Positions 39,491-48,635 of a stretch of DNA of 64,000 nt are shown here, piece by piece; position 1 is the stretch's first letter; each line of letters opens with the position of its first letter. The stretch is from Aigarchaeota archaeon. Lineage in GTDB: Archaea > Thermoproteota > Nitrososphaeria_A > Caldarchaeales > Wolframiiraptoraceae. The stretch lies in NCBI GenBank assembly GCA_025058515.1, contig JANXDW010000049.1, positions 2,588-66,587 of the forward strand, given 5' to 3'. Both the position numbers and the translations under genes were made by a program. The notes under the pieces were generated by a model. The model was given only the letters and a program-made list of their open reading frames with translations. It was not told the DNA's origin and searched no databases.

Positions 39491-40651
39491 ATGCCGTCTG
39501 TAGCCGTAGTCGGGTGTGGTTTAACTAAGTTTGGGAAGACGGATAAAGGGTTGATCGAGCTCTTAGCTGAAGCAGGGTTAAAAGCTATAGATGATGCAGG
39601 GTTAGATGGTATACAATTTGATGATGTACTCGTTGCAAACATGGCGAGCGGCGAGTTCAATGGATTATCTGGTATCGCCAACGCCCTCGTAGGAGAGCTT
39701 AGTCTAGAGCCTGCAGCTGCTATAAAGATTGAGAATACAAGTGGAAGTGGTGGAGCGGCTGTATACGTAGGTTGGCAAGCGATCGCTAGTGGTAAATCTG
39801 AATACGTCTTGGTGGTAGGTGGGGAGAAGATGTCAACTAAGAGTTCAGGAGAGACTGCTGAGATAATAGCTAGTCTAACACATCTTGAAGAGAGGGTTCA
39901 TGGAATAACTCTACCTTCTCTCGCAGCTCTAAGTGCTCGCCAGTATATGCAATTTTATGGAGCTCCTAGAGAAGCTTTGGCGAAAGTCGCGGTCAAGAAT
40001 CATGACAATGCTCTTCTCAATCCTCTAGCTCAATTCCATAAAAAGATAACAATAGAAGACGTACTCAACTCTCCGATAGTCTGCGATCCTCTACGTCTAT
40101 ACGATTACTGTCCAATAACCGATGGAGCAGCAGCAGTAGTTCTCACAACCTTAGAGAATGCTAAACGGCTCACAGACAATCCAGTAGTTATCTCTGGAAT
40201 AGGGTTCGCAACTGATTACTACTCTATCCAGACAAGAAAGAGGCTTGATGAATTTCCAGCTGTCCGCCGCGCAGCTGAGAAAGCTTATAGAATGGCTGGT
40301 AAGAAGCCGAGCGATATACATGTTGTCGAGGTTCATGATATGGCTACGATACTTGAGATTCTTCAATGTGAAGATCTTGGATTCTTCTCTAAAGGTGAAG
40401 GGTGGAAGGCTGTCTTAGAAGATAAGACGGCACTGGATGGGGAACTTCCTGTAAATACAAGTGGAGGCTTGAAGGCCAAGGGGCATCCTATAGGTGCAAC
40501 AGGTGTTGCACAAGTTGCTGAGATATTTATGCAGCTTCAAGAAAGATGTGGAGAGAGACAAGTTGATGCAAAATGTGGGCTTACTTGTAATATTGGTGGA
40601 TATGGAAACGGGGTTGTTGTAACTATTTTAGAGGTGATGAGACCATGTTAA
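39491..40651 (+). CDS. Thiolase-family acetyl-CoA acetyltransferase (second paralog)
   Basis: MPSVAVVGCGLTKFGK…; C-terminal NTSGGLKAKGHPIGATG; paired with a downstream DUF35 gene. Confidence 0.75.
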   Translation: MPSVAVVGCGLTKFGKTDKGLIELLAEAGLKAIDDAGLDGIQFDDVLVANMASGEFNGLSGIANALVGELSLEPAAAIKIENTSGSGGAAVYVGWQAIASGKSEYVLVVGGEKMSTKSSGETAEIIASLTHLEERVHGITLPSLAALSARQYMQFYGAPREALAKVAVKNHDNALLNPLAQFHKKITIEDVLNSPIVCDPLRLYDYCPITDGAAAVVLTTLENAKRLTDNPVVISGIGFATDYYSIQTRKRLDEFPAVRRAAEKAYRMAGKKPSDIHVVEVHDMATILEILQCEDLGFFSKGEGWKAVLEDKTALDGELPVNTSGGLKAKGHPIGATGVAQVAEIFMQLQERCGERQVDAKCGLTCNIGGYGNGVVVTILEVMRPC

Positions 40652-40959
40652 AAGCTTATAGATGTAAGAACTGCGGTACAGTTTTTAGACCTAGACGTTT
40701 AAGATGCATCAACTGTAAATCGAGAGAATTTGAAGAGATAACTCTAAACCATGGAAAACTGGTCAGCTACACCTTAATCTATGCTACACGTGAAGGGTAT
40801 CAAGCTCCAGTTAAGATAGGGTTGGCGGAATTTGAGCAAGGTGTTAAGTTCTTAGCTCAACTCGACTGCGAGAATCCAGAGATTGGGATGGAAGTAATCG
40901 CTGTGAACACTGTCAACAAAGATAACGGGAATAACCTATTAATCTTGAGAAAACCATGA
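40645..40959 (+). CDS. DUF35 OB-fold/zinc-ribbon protein (second paralog)
   Basis: CKNCGTVFRPRRLRCINCKS zinc ribbon; overlaps the thiolase stop by 7 nt. Confidence 0.7.
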   Translation: MLKAYRCKNCGTVFRPRRLRCINCKSREFEEITLNHGKLVSYTLIYATREGYQAPVKIGLAEFEQGVKFLAQLDCENPEIGMEVIAVNTVNKDNGNNLLILRKP

Positions 40960-41109
40960 TATCTCACTCTTCTATATCAGATCTGATTAAATTGAAAGAG
41001 ACCCAACTATAAAAATTATCATACAAACTAGGGAGATGAATTCTTCAAAATATTCCTCTATAGTTTATAAGAAGATGGATACTAAGAAATAAATATTGGC
41101 TTTAGTATT

Positions 41110-41496
41110 ATGAGAAATGTGATCAAGAAGCGTAGAAAAAGCTTCTTCGACCAGATCTTTGAAGAAGACTTCTTTAAAGATCTTCTAGAATTTCCAGATA
41201 TATCTAGCGATGTAGTTGGAACAAGTTACTCAATACAAGTCTCTCAGACTGGAGATAAGACGATTGTTCGAGCTAGAGTATCTGGAGATGTTGAAGTAGA
41301 GAAGTTTAGAAGAGAGATTGAAGAAAGATATCCTGGAGCAGAGATAATCATAGAAGGTGGTCGTCCACTGATAGAAGAGATAGGAAGTGGAGATAAGAGT
41401 ACGAATTTGAGATCTGATAGGGTAATACAATCTAATGTAAGTGGTAAAAAACAGAAGGATTCTTTGATCGAAGAGATAAGAGATAAAGATGGGTGA
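41110..41496 (+). CDS. Hypothetical protein
   Basis: 128-aa ORF with no clear motif; a weak Hsp20-like beta pattern at best. Confidence 0.3.
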   Translation: MRNVIKKRRKSFFDQIFEEDFFKDLLEFPDISSDVVGTSYSIQVSQTGDKTIVRARVSGDVEVEKFRREIEERYPGAEIIIEGGRPLIEEIGSGDKSTNLRSDRVIQSNVSGKKQKDSLIEEIRDKDG

Positions 41497-41619
41497 AGAA
41501 TCTATCTCTTAGGTTACCTATCCAGACCATCCAACATACTAGGTTAAAGATCTAGTGCTTTAGTTATAGAAAGTTCATAGTCAGATGATATATACATCAT
41601 CTCCAGCAACTATTCAATA

Positions 41620-43029
41620 TCATGATGATAATTGATTTATAGCTTGCAAGAGCTTTTCTATTCCTTCATCAATTTCTCTAATTGGTTTTACAGCAGATAG
41701 TCTTATATGTTGAGGATAGTTTCCGAAACCCGAACCTGGAGCTACAGCTACATTATGTTCTTTTAAGAGTTTTAACGCAAACTCAGAAGAGTTGAAGTTA
41801 GGGATCTTTATCTTAGGAAATAGGTAGAATGTTCCATCGGGTTTTCTAACTTCTACCAGATCGCACTTAGACAACTTCTCTAACATATAATCTATCCTCT
41901 TCTTAGTCTCTATTACATTCTTCTTAACGTATTCATCGTCTTCAATAGCTTTGAGAGCTGCTCTCTGAATAAACTCAGGTACACATGTTATCATTAAGCT
42001 AAGTAGGGTGGCTGCTTTCTCGATAAACTCTTTACTACCTATGATGTATCCTATCCTGTATCCTGTCATACCCCACATCTTTGAGAAAGAATTAACCAGT
42101 ACGTAGCCTTCGTCGAGTACTTGAGCAATGCTTGGAGCCCTCTCACCATGATAATAGTATCCAGAGTAAACTTCATCGCTTATAATCGTCAACCCTAAAT
42201 CTCTAGCTTCTTCAACCAATCTCTTCAACTCGCTTAAATCTAGAGCACGACCCGTCGGATTATTCGGATAGTTTATAATCAAGACTCTAGAAGTAGCTGT
42301 TACCGATTTTCTAATCTCCTCGTTTTTTAAAGTCCAGTCGTTCACCATCTCCGTCCTTAACCCAATATATCTTCTACTGAGTTGTTCAGCTATCTGCTTA
42401 TAGAGAGGCCATGCGGGCTCTGGTACTAGTATCTCGTCTCCTAGATTGGACAAGACTTCTATTGCTATGCGTATGGCCATTATTCCTCCACAAGTTATTA
42501 ATACATTCTCTGGTTTAAGGTCTAGCTTAAATAAATCGTTCATCTTTTGAGCTACTGCTTCTCTAAGCTCATATAATCCGTAAGGTGATAAGTACTTTGC
42601 CCGTCCTTCTCTTAAAGATCTACAAGCCTCATCAATAACTTCTTGAGGAGCTGTAAAATCAGGTTCACCAACTTCAAGTCTAATGATCTTCTTCCCAGAT
42701 CGTTGAAGTTCTAGAGCTGTATAGAAGATCTCTCTCAAGCCTATCTCTTGAGTTTTACCAATCTCTTGTTCTTGAATCTTTACAGAATCTAAGATAAGTA
42801 ACGATACTAATCTTTTAGTAAGATCTTTATCTAATCCTAGCTCTTCAGACAATTTAAGAGATTCACTTAGTAAAAACCTCTCAGTACTTCTATCTACTAC
42901 ATTTAAGTTTAACCTCTTCTTTATATCTGCTATCTTCAGGATTAGCTCTCTTCTCTTAGCTATCATTCTTAAGATCTCTTCTGTAACTTTCCTAACTTCT
43001 CCTCTAAGCTGCATTAGTTCATCACTCAT
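41620..43029 (-). CDS. Bifunctional chorismate mutase (AroQ) / class I aminotransferase fusion
   Basis: The N-terminal 90 aa (LRGEVRKVTEEILRMIAKRRELILKIADIKK…VVDRSTERFLL…LILDSVKIQEQE) align with AroQ chorismate mutase. The rest is fold-type I aminotransferase with the PLP-lysine motif NSFSKMWGMTGYRIGY. Confidence 0.65.
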   Translation of the reverse strand: MSDELMQLRGEVRKVTEEILRMIAKRRELILKIADIKKRLNLNVVDRSTERFLLSESLKLSEELGLDKDLTKRLVSLLILDSVKIQEQEIGKTQEIGLREIFYTALELQRSGKKIIRLEVGEPDFTAPQEVIDEACRSLREGRAKYLSPYGLYELREAVAQKMNDLFKLDLKPENVLITCGGIMAIRIAIEVLSNLGDEILVPEPAWPLYKQIAEQLSRRYIGLRTEMVNDWTLKNEEIRKSVTATSRVLIINYPNNPTGRALDLSELKRLVEEARDLGLTIISDEVYSGYYYHGERAPSIAQVLDEGYVLVNSFSKMWGMTGYRIGYIIGSKEFIEKAATLLSLMITCVPEFIQRAALKAIEDDEYVKKNVIETKKRIDYMLEKLSKCDLVEVRKPDGTFYLFPKIKIPNFNSSEFALKLLKEHNVAVAPGSGFGNYPQHIRLSAVKPIREIDEGIEKLLQAINQLSS

Positions 43030-43282
43030 AATCTTTCACACATTGACATCTACTCTAGTATAACAGACTATTAACCATATCATTCAAATCTTCTTCAATA
43101 AAGCTTGGATAAGATAATAAAATATTTCCTTAAACTTTAATCTATCTCCACAATTTTTTAAAATTTAAGATTCTTCAAATTTTTAATGTAACTATAAAAG
43201 AAAACTTTAAAAAATTTTAATTTTTTCAACATTTTTTAGAAAGGTATTTATAGTAATATTATGATTCTTTAATGACAAGTAG

Positions 43283-44128
43283 ATGGAATTGGATGTTGAG
43301 GTAGTCGTAGACATCGTAAGATTAGAGGAGAAGCTTATCATCAATAGTTTAAGGAACATCGGTCTAGATCTAGTTATCACGAACCTGAAGTTAAAACCTT
43401 TATCATGGATAGATAAAGCTCCATATCTATCTGTTATCCGCCCTATCTCTATGCAGAAAGCTGTTTACTCTGCATGTATAAGAAACTCCATGAACGTTAA
43501 AACTATCAACAACTATACCTCGATAATGATAGCGGGAGATAAGATCTTAACACTCTCAAAACTTAAAGAGTTTAGAATACCTTTTCCAGAAACATATGTA
43601 GCTTTTAGTAGTACAGCAGTTATAAAAGCAGGTGAAGAGATAGGTTTCCCTCTAGTTGATAAGCCTCCTATAGGAAGTTGGGGGAGACTGATCACATTAG
43701 TCAACGATATGCAAGTTCTAAGAAGCATTATAGAACATAGAGAGATGATGTTAAGCCAGAGTACGAAGACCCATATGATACAGAGATACATTAAAGAAGG
43801 TAGAAGAGATATAAGGGTTTTAACATTAGGTGATGAGATAGTTGGAGCGGTAACGAGAACTCCAAATGGTGGAGAATGGAGGAGTAATGTAGCTCTAGGT
43901 GCAAGAATGGAGCCCTACAAAATAGATACAGACTTAGAAGATATAGTACATAGAACTATTAAAGCAGTTGGAGGAGACTTCTTAGCTATAGACGTATTTC
44001 TTGAAGATGGAAGATATTTAGTAAATGAGGTTAACGGTGTTCCTGAGTTTAAAGGGTTCATGAATGCAACTAAGATAAACGTCCCCGAGCTAATAGCAAA
44101 ATACATTAAAGCAGAAATCAAAAAATAA
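43283..44128 (+). CDS. lysX: RimK-family ATP-grasp LysW-ligase (LysX/ArgX)
   Basis: ATP-grasp motifs (…GFPLVDKPPIGSWGRLI…, …IDVFLEDGRYLVNEVNGVPEF…); lies within the lysY/Z/W/K cluster. Confidence 0.7.
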   Translation: MELDVEVVVDIVRLEEKLIINSLRNIGLDLVITNLKLKPLSWIDKAPYLSVIRPISMQKAVYSACIRNSMNVKTINNYTSIMIAGDKILTLSKLKEFRIPFPETYVAFSSTAVIKAGEEIGFPLVDKPPIGSWGRLITLVNDMQVLRSIIEHREMMLSQSTKTHMIQRYIKEGRRDIRVLTLGDEIVGAVTRTPNGGEWRSNVALGARMEPYKIDTDLEDIVHRTIKAVGGDFLAIDVFLEDGRYLVNEVNGVPEFKGFMNATKINVPELIAKYIKAEIKK

Positions 44129-44176
44129 CATATAGCATATAGAATAATTACTATACGTATCCAGTCTCTTCTACAG

Positions 44177-45229
44177 TTATATAGGTCTTAGAGGTGGAGC
44201 CTCAAGCCCAGTCTTCTCATCTATCTTTAGTAAAATATTCATACATTGGATAGCTTGACCTGCAGCTCCCTTGATTAGATTATCTATAGCGCAAAATGCT
44301 ATTACTCCTTTCTTCTCATACTGTGTAGCTTTAACATCTGCATAATTTGAACCAACAACATTTACCGGGTCTGGATATTTGAATAATCCTTCTCCAACTA
44401 TTCTCACAAATGGTTCTCTCCCATATCTCTTCGCATATATTCTTCTAAGCATATTCTCATCTACATCGTCTTGAGTTAACCATGTATAGCATGTGGCTAA
44501 TGCTCCCCTAACTGCTCCAACAGCATGGGGTACAAACATTATCCTTATCTCTTCTTTCGAGAGTAAGCTTAATTCTTGTAAGATCTCAGCAACATGTCTA
44601 TGACCTTCAACACTGTATGGTCTCATAGCATTAGCTCTCTCAGGATGATGTGAACCGAGGTTAGGTTTACGACCTGCTTCACTACTCCCAGCTTTTACAT
44701 CTATTATTATGTGAGCTTTATCTATAATATTAGATTCGATCAAAGGAGTTAAAGCTAAAATCGATGCAGTTGAATTACATCCTGGACAAGCAATTAGTTC
44801 TGCATTCTTTATCTCATCTCTATGTATCTCAGGTAATCCGTAAACCGCTTTAGATAATAGGTCTACTGCTTCATGATCCATCTGATACCATCTCCTATAT
44901 TCTTCAATGTTTTTAAGTCTAAAATCTGGACTGAGGTCAACGATCTTCAACCCGCTTTCTATAAGGTTTGGTGTAATCTTCTGAGAGATCCCAGGCGGAG
45001 TATTAATAAACACGAGGTCGCATCTTGAAGTCAATGCATCTATCTCTACATTAGTAAATTTGAGGTCTGGATAGTATCTCCTCAAGTTTATGTGTACATA
45101 AGATATTGGTTTTCCAGTAAATTCTCTTGAAGTTGCAACTGTTACTTGAACACTTGGATGTAGTGCAAGCAATCTTAAGAGCTCGCCGCCAGTATACCCA
45201 CTTGCACCAACTATACCTACTCTAATCAT
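44177..45229 (-). CDS. lysY: [LysW]-aminoadipyl/glutamyl-phosphate reductase (ArgC/LysY)
   Basis: MIRVGIVGASGYTGGELLRLL Rossmann fold; active-site ACPGCNSTA. Confidence 0.85.
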   Translation of the reverse strand: MIRVGIVGASGYTGGELLRLLALHPSVQVTVATSREFTGKPISYVHINLRRYYPDLKFTNVEIDALTSRCDLVFINTPPGISQKITPNLIESGLKIVDLSPDFRLKNIEEYRRWYQMDHEAVDLLSKAVYGLPEIHRDEIKNAELIACPGCNSTASILALTPLIESNIIDKAHIIIDVKAGSSEAGRKPNLGSHHPERANAMRPYSVEGHRHVAEILQELSLLSKEEIRIMFVPHAVGAVRGALATCYTWLTQDDVDENMLRRIYAKRYGREPFVRIVGEGLFKYPDPVNVVGSNYADVKATQYEKKGVIAFCAIDNLIKGAAGQAIQCMNILLKIDEKTGLEAPPLRPI

Positions 45230-45349
45230 CGGTGGACCAAGGTAACAGCTTATATAATAGGCTTACTCAAAAATATGTTTACTTGATGAAAAAGAATCAA
45301 CTAAAGATGGAGAAGTTATATTCTAGGATTTTGAAGAATAGTTTAAGCT

Positions 45350-46156
45350 ATGTCACTAATTGTTGTAAAGGTTGGAGGAAGAGCTCTCGAACAAAATATC
45401 GATAGCATCTTGGAAAGTATTGGTAGTAGAGTTTCTAAGGGATTGAGATTTGTGCTAGTTCATGGTGGAGGAGATACAGTGACTAGGTATGAGAAGATCA
45501 TGGGCGTTCAGCCGAGGTTCGTCATCTCTCCACAAGGGATAAGGAGTAGATATACAGATGAAAGAGAACTTGAAGTTTACGTAATGGTTATGGCGGGAAG
45601 GATCAACAAAGACATAGTAGCTAAACTTAACAAAATGAAGGTGAAAGCTATTGGATTGACTGGAGTAGATGGAGGATTCATTAAAGCAGAGAGAAAAAAG
45701 AAGATAGTAATAATAGATGAAAATAATAGGAAAAAGATTATTCCTGGAGGTTATACGGGAATGATCAAAGAAGTTGAAGGAGGGCTTATATCTAATTTTA
45801 TCGATTACGGATATCTACCTGTGATAGCGCCGATAGCATTAGGTGAAGAAGGAGAAATGTTAAACGTTGACGCTGATCAAGTTTCTGCAAAGATAGCTGA
45901 ATCTATTAAAGCAGATAAGTTGGTAGTCCTCACGGATGTTGATGGAGTAATAGTTGATGGTAAGATAATTAAGAATATTAGAGCATGCGATGTAGAAGTA
46001 ATTCAATCGAAGATAGGTTACGGAATGAATAGAAAAGTATTAATGTGTGCAAAAGCTGTTCAGAGTGGAGTTGGAGAAGCAGTAATATCTTCAGGACTTA
46101 TCCAAGACCCATTAATGGTATTAGAAGAAGACCTTGGAACAAAGATAACACTCTAA
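45350..46156 (+). CDS. lysZ: [LysW]-aminoadipate/glutamate kinase (ArgB/LysZ)
   Basis: Amino-acid kinase fold: MSLIVVKVGGRAL…LVHGGG…. Confidence 0.75.
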   Translation: MSLIVVKVGGRALEQNIDSILESIGSRVSKGLRFVLVHGGGDTVTRYEKIMGVQPRFVISPQGIRSRYTDERELEVYVMVMAGRINKDIVAKLNKMKVKAIGLTGVDGGFIKAERKKKIVIIDENNRKKIIPGGYTGMIKEVEGGLISNFIDYGYLPVIAPIALGEEGEMLNVDADQVSAKIAESIKADKLVVLTDVDGVIVDGKIIKNIRACDVEVIQSKIGYGMNRKVLMCAKAVQSGVGEAVISSGLIQDPLMVLEEDLGTKITL

Positions 46157-46244
46157 CTTCTCTTCATAAACTCATGTTAATAGATGTATAGTAATCCCCA
46201 ATATCATATTGTTCTTTTAATCATCTGGAAGAAATTAACTGAAT

Positions 46245-47786
46245 CTATTTTGTAATAGGTGTTATCGGAGCTTCAGTAGGTCTCAATCCAAGACTCTTCT
46301 CAACACTCTTACCCTTCCATTTCACATATCTTAAAAATACTTTAATTAAGAATCTCAAAGGTGCTTGTGAAGGATTTTTCAAGTAGAATCTATTTATGAT
46401 ATCTTCAGCCCAACGTATAGAATGCCATAGACATCTACGCATGACCTCTATATGCTCATCTTTTACCTTAACTTCTGTAAACCAATCTTTATTCTTCAGT
46501 AACCCCATCGGGACGAAGAACATTGGGACGATCAAGCTTCTATAAGGGTTAAGCCTATCTATAAGTTCAGCAGTCAACATTAAGTCTTCAGGGGTTTCAT
46601 CTGGAAGACCTAAAATCACTGTAGCCGCTGGAACAATATGGTTTTCATGCATTATGGAGAATGCATCTTCTACTACCTCGGGCCACCTCTCAGGAGAATA
46701 TGGTTGAGATTTTGCAGGCATTATCTTCTTAACCAGTCTAGGAGAACCTGTCTCTAGGCCTACTTCAACTCCTAGATAATTCTGGACTTCATTACTTTTG
46801 ACGATCTCCATAATTCTCGATATCAATCTGTAATCATCCTCAGCATTCTTTATTGTTGCTAAAGCTGCATGACTCCAAGCAATCTCTCTAAGATGTTTTC
46901 TAGCAAGTTCATGAAGTTTTATCAATGCTTCTGGATTTAGGTTTAATCCTCTAGCACCATAGAGTAGTACGTCTTCAGAATGGAGTATGCCGTTCTTTAC
47001 ACCATTTCGAACATTTACCATCATTTCCTCTTCTATCTTTTCTAGAGGTATGTATCGGAGGGCTCTAAGAGTAACAGAGCAGAATTTACATCTTCTTGGA
47101 CATCCACGCATGATCTCAACCAACCCATTAACACTAGCATATTTAATTGGATGGATCTCGTCTAGTGTCGGTACATCTTTAGGACCTACGAATACGTACC
47201 TCGGTAACGGTTCACCATTGTAAACTCTCTCAATTAAGTCTAGTACTATTCTTTCTCCTTCTCCATCTACAACAGTATCAACCATCCAACTACTCCATAG
47301 ATCAATATTGTAAAGCCACTGCCATGCAGATGGTCCTCCAACAATTATCTTTAAACCATTCTTCTTAGCTTCTCTAATTGGAAGACTATTCATAAACTTC
47401 TTAAAACTTCTAGCATTTACTGGTTCTTTCTTTGTGATAACCCACCACTCACTACTAGGTGGGCAGAGAGCAAAATAATCATGATGACTTAACATCAATA
47501 CTTTAGCATTCAATAGATACCGATCTACGTAGTCTGGATCTATTACTGAAGCATTGTATCCATGGTCTATGAGTAGTGCTTCAAGTTTTCTTAAAGCATA
47601 AGGTGCTTGCCAAGGTCTTCCGAACTCATCAACCTTCATCTTAGGTGCAGCAATCCACATCCAGAGGCTCTCAGGCATAGATATCGGTGGACCGGTAGTC
47701 ATAAATCCTAAGAACTCTTTACCATGATGGTTCGACATCATAGACCTATCTGTTGTTAAGATTATATCGATCTTACCTGAATGCAA
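46245..47786 (-). CDS. Radical SAM protein with N-terminal B12-binding-like domain (class B; possible lipid/GDGT-modifying Grs-like enzyme, function unassigned)
   Basis: GCPRRCKFCSV is the CxxxCxxC motif. An N-terminal Rossmann-like region lies upstream of it; 513 aa; few other Cys residues. Confidence 0.5.
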   Translation of the reverse strand: MHSGKIDIILTTDRSMMSNHHGKEFLGFMTTGPPISMPESLWMWIAAPKMKVDEFGRPWQAPYALRKLEALLIDHGYNASVIDPDYVDRYLLNAKVLMLSHHDYFALCPPSSEWWVITKKEPVNARSFKKFMNSLPIREAKKNGLKIIVGGPSAWQWLYNIDLWSSWMVDTVVDGEGERIVLDLIERVYNGEPLPRYVFVGPKDVPTLDEIHPIKYASVNGLVEIMRGCPRRCKFCSVTLRALRYIPLEKIEEEMMVNVRNGVKNGILHSEDVLLYGARGLNLNPEALIKLHELARKHLREIAWSHAALATIKNAEDDYRLISRIMEIVKSNEVQNYLGVEVGLETGSPRLVKKIMPAKSQPYSPERWPEVVEDAFSIMHENHIVPAATVILGLPDETPEDLMLTAELIDRLNPYRSLIVPMFFVPMGLLKNKDWFTEVKVKDEHIEVMRRCLWHSIRWAEDIINRFYLKNPSQAPLRFLIKVFLRYVKWKGKSVEKSLGLRPTEAPITPITK

Positions 47787-47789
47787 TCT

Positions 47790-48188
47790 CTACACCTCCA
47801 CGAGCCTGACCTTCTCATTATTAATCTCCCCTAGATCGAATTTATTACATATCAGTACAACCTCATCTTTAACAGTCTCGATATCTTTCTTTAAATCATC
47901 TAAAGGTTTATCTTCTATAACTATACTTAAAGCTATGTTCTCTGTTAATATTCTTCTACAGCTTGCAATATAGGAAAGATCATTTTGATTATCTAGGTAG
48001 AATCTAAGTCTAACTCTATCCTTAACTTTAATGAATACATTGGACATTTGATCGACAATGGTGTTAACTCCATCTTCATCTAATTTTCCTACATACCATA
48101 TCTCGTGAAATCTCTGTTTCAGCATAGTCCCGTCATCGTCTAAAGAAACCATCTTTACAGTCTTTATAAATCTTATCCGGTCATCCAA
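47790..48188 (-). CDS. Hypothetical protein (upstream partner of the radical SAM gene)
   Basis: 132-aa ORF whose stop lies 1 nt (47787) from the start of the radical SAM ORF. Confidence 0.3.
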   Translation of the reverse strand: MDDRIRFIKTVKMVSLDDDGTMLKQRFHEIWYVGKLDEDGVNTIVDQMSNVFIKVKDRVRLRFYLDNQNDLSYIASCRRILTENIALSIVIEDKPLDDLKKDIETVKDEVVLICNKFDLGEINNEKVRLVEV

Positions 48189-48283
48189 TTAAAGAACTCG
48201 AGTTTTACCTATTTTATGATAGTATCTCTATAGTCTATGAAAGATATAGTAAAATACCTCTCGAGTGAACCTAGTCTCGAGGT

Positions 48284-48469
48284 TTGAGTGATTTGAGAAA
48301 GTTAGAGTGCCCAATATGTGGTGGATTGATGTCGATACCGGATGATGCGATGTCTGGAGAACTCTTTGAACACGATGAATGTGGTGGTCAGCTTGAACTT
48401 GAGATAGATGAAGTAGGAAACTACAAACTCAAACAAGCTGAAGAAGTCTCAGAAGACTGGGGGCAATAG
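48284..48469 (+). CDS. lysW: Amino-group carrier protein LysW (C-terminus …EDWGQ)
   Basis: CPICGG…HDECGG zinc ribbon plus an acidic tail …AEEVSEDWGQ; 61 aa. Confidence 0.75.
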   Translation: MSDLRKLECPICGGLMSIPDDAMSGELFEHDECGGQLELEIDEVGNYKLKQAEEVSEDWGQ

Positions 48470-48635
48470 ATACATGATCTATCTAGAAAATTCTATCTTC
48501 GTGGATTGAATCACCTCTACGAAAAAAGTTAAGTAAATTATGTTTATCGAAGAATTCAATTCTATTTAGTTAATTTAAAATTAGAATATCGTACATATGT
48601 AGGATCATATTTATAAAAATCGTTAGATTTATTTC

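Noticed and set aside
41497-41640. Possible second C/D-box RNA on the minus strand (AGAUGAUG…CUGA)
   Set aside because: The C box is imperfect and the C-to-D spacing is only about 20 nt. It overlaps the 3' end of the aminotransferase gene. It does not meet the pattern that the 38098..38156 candidate does.
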